A stretch of 64,000 nucleotides of DNA from Barthelona sp. PCE (taxonomy: Eukaryota), in contig JAUFOR010000002.1 of the NCBI GenBank assembly GCA_040285745.1, positions 186,001-250,000 of the forward strand, in the 5' to 3' direction. The notes below the pieces were generated by a model. The model was given only the letters and a program-made list of their open reading frames with translations, was not told the origin of the DNA and did not search any database. The position numbers were made by a program, and so were the translations under genes. Positions 55,789 through 64,000 of this stretch are shown here, piece after piece (the stretch's first letter is position 1; each line of letters opens with the position of its first letter).

Positions 55789-56397
55789 ATGTCAAGTTGG
55801 ACTATAAGTTTTACACCGCCTCCAAAGGCTAAAAGACGTCGACTTTCATCAAAATCCAGTTTACACTCCTTAAGTTCGAATGTACCGACAGAAAACATCC
55901 AAAAACAGTGCAGTACGATGCTTTCCGCCCTTTGCGAAAGTGTTGCCCAGCGAATCATTGTTGAAGATTCTGCACTGGTTTTAACTGATCTTGAGACTTA
56001 TGTCAATCGTTTTTTCTCACATAAATATGCCAAACAGCGGCTGCAGAGTGGGATGACACTTGATTCATTGGTTTTCCATGACTATCCGTTCCCTTTAATC
56101 GATGATTATCCAAGTGATCTTGTCCCAGCTATTCAAAAGTGTTTTGACAACCAGCAAAGCACAATGTTAAAGGAAAAGAAGAGTGGAAAGGTTGATTTAA
56201 ACCCAAAGAAGCAATATTGTAGTAATTTTTTGATTAATCCAATGAATGGAGAAGCAACTAAAATTGTAGATTATGAGAACGATCTGATAGATTACTCCGC
56301 GTGTTGTGGATCTTCAGGATCAACCACACCAAATTTACCGAAAAGAAAAAAAAAATCTAAAGCTAAAAAGAAGCGTAAGCGTTCAAGTACAAGTTAA
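55789..56397 (+). CDS. hypothetical protein with basic NLS-like ends
   Basis: 202 aa ATG ORF; PPPKAKRRR and KRKKKSKAKKKRKR. Confidence 0.65.
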   Translation: MSSWTISFTPPPKAKRRRLSSKSSLHSLSSNVPTENIQKQCSTMLSALCESVAQRIIVEDSALVLTDLETYVNRFFSHKYAKQRLQSGMTLDSLVFHDYPFPLIDDYPSDLVPAIQKCFDNQQSTMLKEKKSGKVDLNPKKQYCSNFLINPMNGEATKIVDYENDLIDYSACCGSSGSTTPNLPKRKKKSKAKKKRKRSSTS

Positions 56398-56440
56398 CCA
56401 TTATAAGGTTTACAACATACGATGATACAGCAAATCATCA

Positions 56441-57247
56441 TTAATGGCGATTTTTATATCGCTTCTTTGAACTCTTCTTTCGATAGAGTTGATCCCATTT
56501 TGAACGACATTGAACATCAGTACGGTGCTTCAGATGCTTTGCTATCTCAGACCATGGAGCCTTGTCATGCATTCTGTGGTTATCTTGTATCAGATTAATG
56601 AGGATTTCTGTTTCGTCATCTCGCCAACAACCCTTCCGAATATTAGGGTCAAGAACACGTAAATAGTGTTGTTTGATAGTTGGTATTGACCTCCCCAGTT
56701 CAGAGCTGAGTATGGGATATGCCCCATCTTTATAAACCCATAACAGCGTTAGAACACGTAAATCTTCTTCTTTTGACCAATATGTCACATCACGTTCCCT
56801 TGTGTCCCTGTTTTTCCTTTTTGTTTTCTTTTCCTTTATGTCCGTTGCGACAATATCATCAATTGTTATTAATGATGTGTCACATGGAAGACCATTATAC
56901 GGGAAAATGTATTGATTTATGGATGGTATTGTTAGGAGCGTATCAACAGTTGAGAGCGACATCTGAACTTCAGCTGGTACCTCCTCTGAGTCGTTGTATT
57001 CAATATTATTGACGAATTGTGTTAGATTTTTATGCAGTTGCTCAATATTGGAATTATTCATTTTTTCCAAGTCTGACAGAACGTTCTGTCTCAATTGTTG
57101 TTCTGACGCATGTTCTATATCGATATATTGCTGTGTGAGTATCAGAAGTGGGCATGAGCAATCATAATGAATGTTGTAATGAAGATTATGAACTTCAGCA
57201 GGAGTTCTGAAATTCTCCAGTTCCTTAAGGTGTGGGTAGTAGCTCAT
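56441..57247 (-). CDS. Myb-domain (two repeats) transcription factor
   Basis: WSKEED...GRS...KQHY...LDPNIRKG.W...E...WSEIAK.L..RTDVQCRSKW. Confidence 0.9.
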   Translation of the reverse strand: MSYYPHLKELENFRTPAEVHNLHYNIHYDCSCPLLILTQQYIDIEHASEQQLRQNVLSDLEKMNNSNIEQLHKNLTQFVNNIEYNDSEEVPAEVQMSLSTVDTLLTIPSINQYIFPYNGLPCDTSLITIDDIVATDIKEKKTKRKNRDTRERDVTYWSKEEDLRVLTLLWVYKDGAYPILSSELGRSIPTIKQHYLRVLDPNIRKGCWRDDETEILINLIQDNHRMHDKAPWSEIAKHLKHRTDVQCRSKWDQLYRKKSSKKRYKNRH

Positions 57248-57672
57248 TGTCCTCCTCTACGATTTATTAAGTCGAAAAGGGGATAAAACTGAGTAGCAGT
57301 TTTACAGGATCAATCTTTTGATGTTGTGTATCTGTGGAACAATATTTTGTGAATCTGGTAGGTTACCCTGAATTTTTAGTTGCTGAGATCTCATTTGTAA
57401 AAGATATAAATTTTTTTGTGCGTGAATCGATTTTGTGGTTATTCACTCGTGTAATGATGGCTTACAAACTATTTTCAAACATGAAATGTGCTGTAATACA
57501 CTGTATACAGTCCCATATTTGAGCAATTTCAAAAACTTCATAAAATTGAAATCCAGTAGTTTAATGGTCCCCTACTCTTACCAATCATAACATTTTACTC
57601 GTAACATGGCAGAAGAAGATAAGCATGTTTAAGAAAGACGTTTCACGTTTTTTTTTCTCTTTCAACGCTTAT

Positions 57673-57975
57673 ATGTCTCAAATTGAAGAAGCTCTTAGGC
57701 CAATTGTGGCGAACCCCGGGGTCCTAGGCGTCCTGATTCTCAGTGATGCTGGTATTCCACTGAGATGGTGGAAGTTAGATTCAAAAGAAACTGTACACTA
57801 TGCAGCAGTAATCACACCCTTGATTGACAAAGCTCGTGCATTGGTTAAAAACTTTGATAAAGACACTACTGTACCAGACTTTTTGCGTTTGATTCGTCTT
57901 AAGTCAAATCAACATGAAATCCTTGTTACACCAGAAGAAGAGTACAGTTTGGTTGTAATTCAGGGATTAAGCTAA
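57673..57975 (+). CDS. dynein light chain roadblock/LC7
   Basis: MSQIEEAL..I...GVLG...GIPLR...YA...KAR..V...LIRLKS..HEILVTP...Y.LVVIQ. Confidence 0.9.
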   Translation: MSQIEEALRPIVANPGVLGVLILSDAGIPLRWWKLDSKETVHYAAVITPLIDKARALVKNFDKDTTVPDFLRLIRLKSNQHEILVTPEEEYSLVVIQGLS

Positions 57976-58184
57976 GCGTGAATCCAGATATTTTTCATTG
58001 TACAAAAAACATGCTAGTTGAGTAAAACATGTATTTCAAGGTTATAGAGCAGTTTATATGGCATTGACATCACATTTATATTGATAATATATGCACATCA
58101 ATGCAAAATCTAATACATTTTCAAAATATACTTTTTGTTCCGGTTTGAAACAAACAATGTTTATTCTAAAAAGGTTTTAGATAC

Positions 58185-58739
58185 CTAGAGCATGTGAATA
58201 CGCTTCTCAGTGTGGTAGTTGATAGCGCTCTTCTCAGCAACCTCAGTAGGTTTACCAATTGCAAGAGCCATACGGTAAGTATGACCTTCAGGGTTACCAA
58301 TCATCTCCATGATCTCCTCCTTGACGAAATCAAACAAACCGACGTTAAGGGTTCCGTAACCCTTAGCAGTAGCAAGTAATTGCAATTGCATCATCAATTG
58401 GCCAAGATCAACATCTTCCCAACCCTTAACCTTGGCTCTGTTGTTATCAATGGTGAAGAAAATTACAGTTGCTGCATCACATGTAATAGGACAATCGTTA
58501 GGACGATTCAAGATAGAACCCCAGCTCTCAGGGAGCTTCTCGGTACAGGTCATACCAATGCTGTGAGCACGCTCGTAGTCGTTTAAAGCCCACATGTGAA
58601 CCAAGTTCTGGTTGCAAGCACTGCAAGTCTTGGTAGCAATCTCCAACATTTCAGCAAGTTCAGCTTCTGGAATGGGCTGCTTGTCAAAGTTACGACAGCT
58701 GTAACGGGCTTCGATGGCTTCAGATACGGAGAGGGACAT
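58185..58739 (-). CDS. nitroreductase family flavoprotein
   Basis: AI.ARYSCRNF...PIP...L..ML..A...SA.NQ, D.G.....LQL.AT..GYGT, ALAIGKP. Confidence 0.9.
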   Translation of the reverse strand: MSLSVSEAIEARYSCRNFDKQPIPEAELAEMLEIATKTCSACNQNLVHMWALNDYERAHSIGMTCTEKLPESWGSILNRPNDCPITCDAATVIFFTIDNNRAKVKGWEDVDLGQLMMQLQLLATAKGYGTLNVGLFDFVKEEIMEMIGNPEGHTYRMALAIGKPTEVAEKSAINYHTEKRIHML

Positions 58740-59147
58740 AGTAATGTGGAATAGGTAAGAAAAGAAATTATGGATTTCATTCACACATCCTATGCTCAGG
58801 AGAGCGTATAGCGAGACTGTTTAGTATTTCAAGACTTGTTTATCCTTATTCGAAGCTTTTAAGTCAAACAGAAGAGAAAAACAAATTAAAATAATGTTAT
58901 GTAAATGGACGACATATCACCGTGCACTATGTAGCAATCCAATGATGCGTACCGTTGTAAAATATGCTAATTATCACGATACATCAATTAATAGTGCAAC
59001 TCAATTAATTTTATCATATTTCAAGAACTCTTTTCACATAAACAACTCGTTTCCAGTAACACATGCAGCTTACACAACATGAAACCTTTCAATTTCAAAG
59101 AGTTACATCTAATTTATTGGTGACATACAGGCGCTAGCCTTCAGACT

Positions 59148-59352
59148 TTATACTTGAGGTAGTAAACAGCGGAGGGGGACGAAGCGAACCGTCATGTGTA
59201 GTAGGTGTCCGTAGGACCCGATACGGTTTTTCTTACCTTTTTCAAAAAAAAAAAAGTTTTAGGCCACTTCCCGGACGAAACACCCTCTACACGTGAAGGC
59301 GAGCCTTCCCACGTGAGCGTTCCCCGACGTCAATAAACCTACTTCAGTATAA
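59148..59352 (+). ncRNA. candidate structured non-coding RNA, family unrecognised
   Basis: GC-rich island in an AT-rich intergenic gap with four nested helices. G.U wobbles favour the + strand. Confidence 0.6.
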
Positions 59353-59937
59353 CACATACGATCACTTTCCTTATTTACAAACTACAATCCGATCATATTC
59401 TTGTTGAACTGTCATATTCTTGACTACGTTCGTCCAAATACGTTTAAATCATTAATCAGACAATAAATGCTGGCAAGAATCCTTTTATGGATGAGATTGT
59501 TTGAATAGCTGTAAAATAGCTTAACTACAGCCTACTCTTTTGAATAATTTGACACATCACTTTATTAAAAGAACCCAACAAAAACGAAACTTTGTATTAC
59601 TCTCTATTCACAAAAACTGTGAGCAAAATATGCCCAGTTTCAACACATGCCCCAATTTGATCAAGGAAAGTATCTGTATACAGCTATATAAATATGATCA
59701 ACATACTATTGCTTATCAAAACATCTTAAATATGAGAATCATCACTTAAAGAAACGCTGACACGGAGAATACATGTGCTACCTGCTTGAATTAGAGTAAA
59801 GAAACCTTTTGCAAGTGATTTTGTTTTTGACACTTATTACAATAAGTACAACTTATCACTAAGGTTTTTTACATCTTAGCAACAATCTTAACAGCATATC
59901 CATACCTTTTTTAGCATATTTACAACATATAAATACT

Positions 59938-61269
59938 ATGGACGTAAGCAAGCCCACAGCTGAAGCAATGGCTGAAATTAAAGCCAAACACAAATTCTGG
60001 AGCACCCAGCTCGTACCCCAACCAAATTTGGAAGAGAATAACCTGCCTGAAGGACCTATTAAGGATTATAACATTGAAAGTAACCGAGCTGATATCAGAC
60101 CCATACCTTACAACCTTCCTGGTGGGTTCTCATGGGGCCTCATTAATATCAACGACGAAGAAGAACTTGAATCCTTGTTCCGTTTTCTTGAACATCATTA
60201 CGTTGAAGATGATCTTTTACGTTTCAGATATTCAAAGAAGTTTCTCAAGTACGCTCTGTCTTTGCCCAACATGAACCCAGAGTATGTCATTGTTATACGC
60301 GATGCAAACAACAATATTGTAGGTTCGATTACTGGTTCTCCTGCTCACTACAAAATCAGAAATGATGAGTATGATGTCGTAGAGGTCAACTTCCTGTGTG
60401 TTAAGAAGGAGCTCAGGAACCACCGAATTACACCTGTACTTATTAAAGAACTCACTCGACGTTGTAACATTAACGGTATCTTCCAAGCTGTTTATACGGC
60501 AGGAAAACCCCTTCCCAGGCCTTTCTTACGCTCCAACTACTATCATCGTTTGATAAACATTGAGAAACTTATCGATGTTGGTTTCTATGATACAAAGAAG
60601 CGTATAGATATAGAAAAGCGTATCTATGCTCTCCCAGATGTCCCAGTGACCGATTTTCGCCCTGTTGACGAATCAGACTTGCGTATCATCGTTGAGCGTC
60701 TCAATGAATATCAACGAACGTTTGAAATCGCCAGATTATTCACTGTGGAAGAAGCTAGACATCTTTTCCTGCCAATTGACGATGTTGTTTCCAGTTATGT
60801 ATGGGTTGGTGAACGTGAAAGGATTCTTGGCTTCGCATCATGGACTCTTGTTGATATGAGCGTTCTTGAGAACCCTAATCATGATTCTATGCGTGTTGCT
60901 TATCTGAACTACCACTTTCTTACTGATTTTGAGCACTTCAACTGTCCCAAGCCTGAACGATTCACCAACCGGAAACATCCTTCTGATGTAACAGTTGCTG
61001 ATCTGGAGGCTTGTGAAGAAACTATCACCACCCTCAACTTTGAACATGAGCCATTTGTCAACTCGATGAAAACACTCATTGAGAAATCTTTAATACATGC
61101 CAGAGATCATGATGAATGTGACGTGTTTAACTGTTTGGATAACCTCTATAACTCTGTTTATTTGGAAGATTTAATGTTCCTTAGGGGCAGTGGTAAGTTA
61201 CACTATTATCTATTCAACTACCGTGTAGATCCTGTCACACCAGTTGAATGTGGTGCACTATTATACTAA
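59938..61269 (+). CDS. NMT: glycylpeptide N-myristoyltransferase
   Basis: HKFWSTQ.VP, HYVED, RFRYS, EVNFLCV.K.LR..R.TPVLIKELTRR, QAVYTAG, F..GSG.LHYYLFNY. Confidence 0.96.
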   Translation: MDVSKPTAEAMAEIKAKHKFWSTQLVPQPNLEENNLPEGPIKDYNIESNRADIRPIPYNLPGGFSWGLININDEEELESLFRFLEHHYVEDDLLRFRYSKKFLKYALSLPNMNPEYVIVIRDANNNIVGSITGSPAHYKIRNDEYDVVEVNFLCVKKELRNHRITPVLIKELTRRCNINGIFQAVYTAGKPLPRPFLRSNYYHRLINIEKLIDVGFYDTKKRIDIEKRIYALPDVPVTDFRPVDESDLRIIVERLNEYQRTFEIARLFTVEEARHLFLPIDDVVSSYVWVGERERILGFASWTLVDMSVLENPNHDSMRVAYLNYHFLTDFEHFNCPKPERFTNRKHPSDVTVADLEACEETITTLNFEHEPFVNSMKTLIEKSLIHARDHDECDVFNCLDNLYNSVYLEDLMFLRGSGKLHYYLFNYRVDPVTPVECGALLY

Positions 61270-61278
61270 AAATAATGT

Positions 61279-63999
61279 TTATTTTATTTTCAAGTCTTTT
61301 GTTGCATATAGTAAAGGATTAACCTTAACATGAAGTGATTTCACTGCATTCGAACGTGCAGCCAGTTTATCTAATACCTCTTCTCCACTTACATAATCCT
61401 TAACAGGAAGATCTACGTTAAAGTTCATATTAGTATCAAGTCCCTTAAATGCTGGAGGTTCCAGTGGAATGGTAGTGATACCCTTCTTAGCAGTGATAAA
61501 ATATGTATCTTTGGATGCCTTTTCGAATTCAAACTGATTATTGAGTAATTGGTATGTTTTAACATCTACATGTATGAGTCCTGGTTGACCACCGCTCTCT
61601 AACAGACCAACATTGTACACTGTGGGACCAAAAATATCATACGAAAACTTTGAGCCAACAACTCCTGCCAACACTGGTCCTGATGCTATTCCTATTCTCA
61701 GCTTGATATCAAGACCAAATCTTGTCGATACCTGCTTGATGTCATGAATGAACCCCAGTGCGATATCAGCAAGATCACGTGCATGATTAAAGTTGGCGGT
61801 AGGTACACCACTCACAACAATATATGCATCACCAACAGTTTTAACCTTTTCACATGCTGGATACATTGCTATTCTTGCATCTAAACGGTCAAAGACGACG
61901 TTAAGAAGTCCGAGAACATCACCTGCCTGTCTAGTTGAACAGAATGTTGTAAACCCTACAATGTCAGCTTGTAACACTGAACAATTATTTGATTGTTGAG
62001 CCAAACGTAATCTAGTGTCGTCTTTTCGGGGATCACTGTACTGACGAAGACTTTGAGCTAATGGCTGTGGTAATATGTTGTTGAGAAGGTTTGTTGCCTT
62101 TTCTCCTTGTTCATTAGTCTTTTTTAAAAGAATGAGTTGTTTCTTAGATATACCCCGTACCGGTAATGGGATACAAAGAAACAAAAAGAGGTCCTGTATT
62201 TGTGTGTGTGTAATGGAACGATATCCAATTAGTGCTGCTATTAAAAATGAAAAGAACAATGAGTCGATATGATTAATACTGAGGAAAATAACGAATGATA
62301 GAATACAAACAGATATCAAATCATCAATCCAAGGTAGGTCATCATAAGGAATATACTTACTCAGCACTACATAACCGATGGTGTCAATTACCAACACAAA
62401 ATTCAATGCGAAAACAACACGCTTCCAGGTTTTTTCCGTAGCACGGTAGTAGCGTAACAAAAGAAAAGCAAACAGAGGATAACCAATGGACAGGACACCA
62501 AAACCTCCCCAAATAACTGGTGATGTATCCGTTCCCAACACAAGGTACAGGAAAAGAATGAGGAACAACAGACATAATGCAATCAAAAGGGATTTAAGAG
62601 AACCAATGCGATCCTTGAAAAACGTTTGATAATCCTTAAAGGTAAATTTGGCGTTCTTCGCCATCATTGCCTCATCCTTGCGAGAAGCACGAGAACGTCG
62701 ATGTAAGAGGGTTGAACGGGTTCGTTTGAGAGATTTGGGTGATATCCCACTTGTTGCTCGTGAACGCGGTCGAGTAACACTGGGTAAACCAGAAATGATA
62801 CGTTTCAATCGTGGGTTAGCCATAATAGACGGTGAATCAGCGGTTAACAACATATTTGTGTTTTTCTGCACAAAAAAAGTTTGCATTGCGCCCTTTCCTT
62901 TAACAGCTATTGTACCTCTCGAAAAAATTGAGAAGTGCTCAAATAATTCAACTTGTGCCTTGACAGCGGCCGAAATCTGAACATGGTCTTTTGGAGATGA
63001 AGACATCATGCGCGATGCTGTGTTAACAGTATCACCCAGAACATCGAAAAGCATTTTAGTCTTACCCAACACTCCTGCAGAAACTGTACCGTAATGAATA
63101 CCACATCTAATGACAAATGAGTAATCATTTTTCACCTTAATTGCCTCCTGACATGCAAGACAGAAAGAGAGAAGATTGACACATGGTGTTCGTTCATTTC
63201 TGAACAAACCTTTTCCAGCCATGTATATGTGAGAGACTGTCTTAATCGTTTCAATATCATAAATGGTTGCAATCTCATCGAAAGATGAGAAAACGCTGTT
63301 CAAGGCTTGTAGAGACTGAACGGGTGAGACTTGCTTACTATAGTGATCGAAGCCACAAACCTCAATGAAGCATAATGCTGCAGTACGGTCAAGATATTGC
63401 CTTGTGCCGTGTTCTAGTAACGGCTCAACCACTTCTTCCGGCATAGTACGACGGAACAACGTTTCTGAATAGCTTAACATTCTGTTTGTCGTCAACATAT
63501 CGCAAAATGTATTTCTCACTTTTCTTTCCTGTTCTCTGTACAGTAGCGCGAGTGCCACGCATGAAAAGTTTGTGAATAACCAAACAAAAACAAGATCTGA
63601 TTGGTAAAATTGCAAATATACACCCTGAAAAATGGCGCTAAATGCATACCACATAATTGCGAACCGAAACGATATGATTGGTATACTAAATAGTGAGAAT
63701 GCGACAAGTGAAGGTGCCAATAAGAACAAATGCTGCTCTGATGCGAAAACGAAATTGATAACTAATACCAATAACATAGATGTAGACACTATTGAGAACG
63801 TCGCCCATCCCTTCAACTTTGATGACAATATACTTGGGAGCGCTCCGAACAAAACTACAAAACCAATTGCAATCCACAAAATAGCTACTGATAGGTTGGA
63901 AAACTGGTTGTAAGTCTTAATAAAGTGGTATGTGAGACTTGCTATGATGATAACTACAGGAATAATCAAATGCTTAAAAGAATTTGGCTTCTTAAACTC
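61279..63999 (-). CDS. membrane class III adenylyl cyclase with two catalytic domains (5' end beyond the window)
   Basis: Two TM clusters, each followed by a cyclase homology domain (IRCGIH.G...GV.G...FDVLGDTVNTASRM; ADIVGFT...KVKTVGDAY). Frame is open to the right edge. Confidence 0.9.
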   Translation of the reverse strand, partial: EFKKPNSFKHLIIPVVIIIASLTYHFIKTYNQFSNLSVAILWIAIGFVVLFGALPSILSSKLKGWATFSIVSTSMLLVLVINFVFASEQHLFLLAPSLVAFSLFSIPIISFRFAIMWYAFSAIFQGVYLQFYQSDLVFVWLFTNFSCVALALLYREQERKVRNTFCDMLTTNRMLSYSETLFRRTMPEEVVEPLLEHGTRQYLDRTAALCFIEVCGFDHYSKQVSPVQSLQALNSVFSSFDEIATIYDIETIKTVSHIYMAGKGLFRNERTPCVNLLSFCLACQEAIKVKNDYSFVIRCGIHYGTVSAGVLGKTKMLFDVLGDTVNTASRMMSSSPKDHVQISAAVKAQVELFEHFSIFSRGTIAVKGKGAMQTFFVQKNTNMLLTADSPSIMANPRLKRIISGLPSVTRPRSRATSGISPKSLKRTRSTLLHRRSRASRKDEAMMAKNAKFTFKDYQTFFKDRIGSLKSLLIALCLLFLILFLYLVLGTDTSPVIWGGFGVLSIGYPLFAFLLLRYYRATEKTWKRVVFALNFVLVIDTIGYVVLSKYIPYDDLPWIDDLISVCILSFVIFLSINHIDSLFFSFLIAALIGYRSITHTQIQDLFLFLCIPLPVRGISKKQLILLKKTNEQGEKATNLLNNILPQPLAQSLRQYSDPRKDDTRLRLAQQSNNCSVLQADIVGFTTFCSTRQAGDVLGLLNVVFDRLDARIAMYPACEKVKTVGDAYIVVSGVPTANFNHARDLADIALGFIHDIKQVSTRFGLDIKLRIGIASGPVLAGVVGSKFSYDIFGPTVYNVGLLESGGQPGLIHVDVKTYQLLNNQFEFEKASKDTYFITAKKGITTIPLEPPAFKGLDTNMNFNVDLPVKDYVSGEEVLDKLAARSNAVKSLHVKVNPLLYATKDLKIK

Positions 64000-64000
64000 C

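Noticed and set aside
59143-59160. GACTTTATACTT resembling the U3 snoRNA 5' end
   Set aside because: Box A, box C (UGAUGA) and box D (CUGA) are not found in the expected places.
59192-59212. GTGTAGTA, identical to the U2 snRNA branch-site recognition sequence
   Set aside because: No U2 stem I, U6-pairing segments or clear Sm site, and the motif is buried in a predicted helix. A highly divergent U2 is not fully excluded.
59170-59230. Group II intron domain V-like words (CGGAGGGGG, AACCGT...ACGGTT)
   Set aside because: Order and spacing do not fit the ~34-nt domain V hairpin; no other intron domains or RT ORF.
322-63913. Numerous short antisense or nested ORFs in the track
   Set aside because: They are shadows of longer real genes, many with non-ATG starts and no recognisable motifs.
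1-64000. CRISPR arrays, tRNA/rRNA genes, transposons, alternative genetic code
   Set aside because: None seen by eye. TAA, TAG and TGA all terminate conserved genes, and the GIY-YIG ORF is Slx1 rather than a mobile endonuclease.

Overview
Gene-dense, AT-rich eukaryotic genomic DNA read with the standard genetic code. Intergenic spacers are very short, several convergent genes share overlapping stop codons, and short GT-AG introns are rare. About 38 protein-coding genes are present. Recognisable ones include TOR, Rav1/DMXL, Ku70, Rad52, Slx1, Dis3L2-like RNase, kinesin-13, RalGAP-like RapGAP, U1-70K, Spt3, GID8, NTF2, Rpp21, ArfGAP, NMT, plant-type glucosylceramide synthase, nitroreductase and a membrane adenylyl cyclase. 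Flagellar genes (DNAAF4, CFAP418, TPGS1-like, LC7) point to a flagellated protist, possibly an anaerobic metamonad-like lineage; this is inference only. Not captured by the ORF track: a ~205-nt long base-paired ncRNA candidate of unrecognised family (59148-59352), an intron-split 4E-BP gene (33709-34049), a WW-less PCIF1/CAPAM-like gene running off the left edge, and a spliced first exon of the RapGAP gene. Other notable points are a recurrent TTTCTYAC motif just upstream of ATGs, a TOR with Ile at the position of mTOR S2035 (predicted rapamycin resistance) and a cyclase with inverted C1/C2 order. All family assignments come from motif recognition by eye, not database searches.
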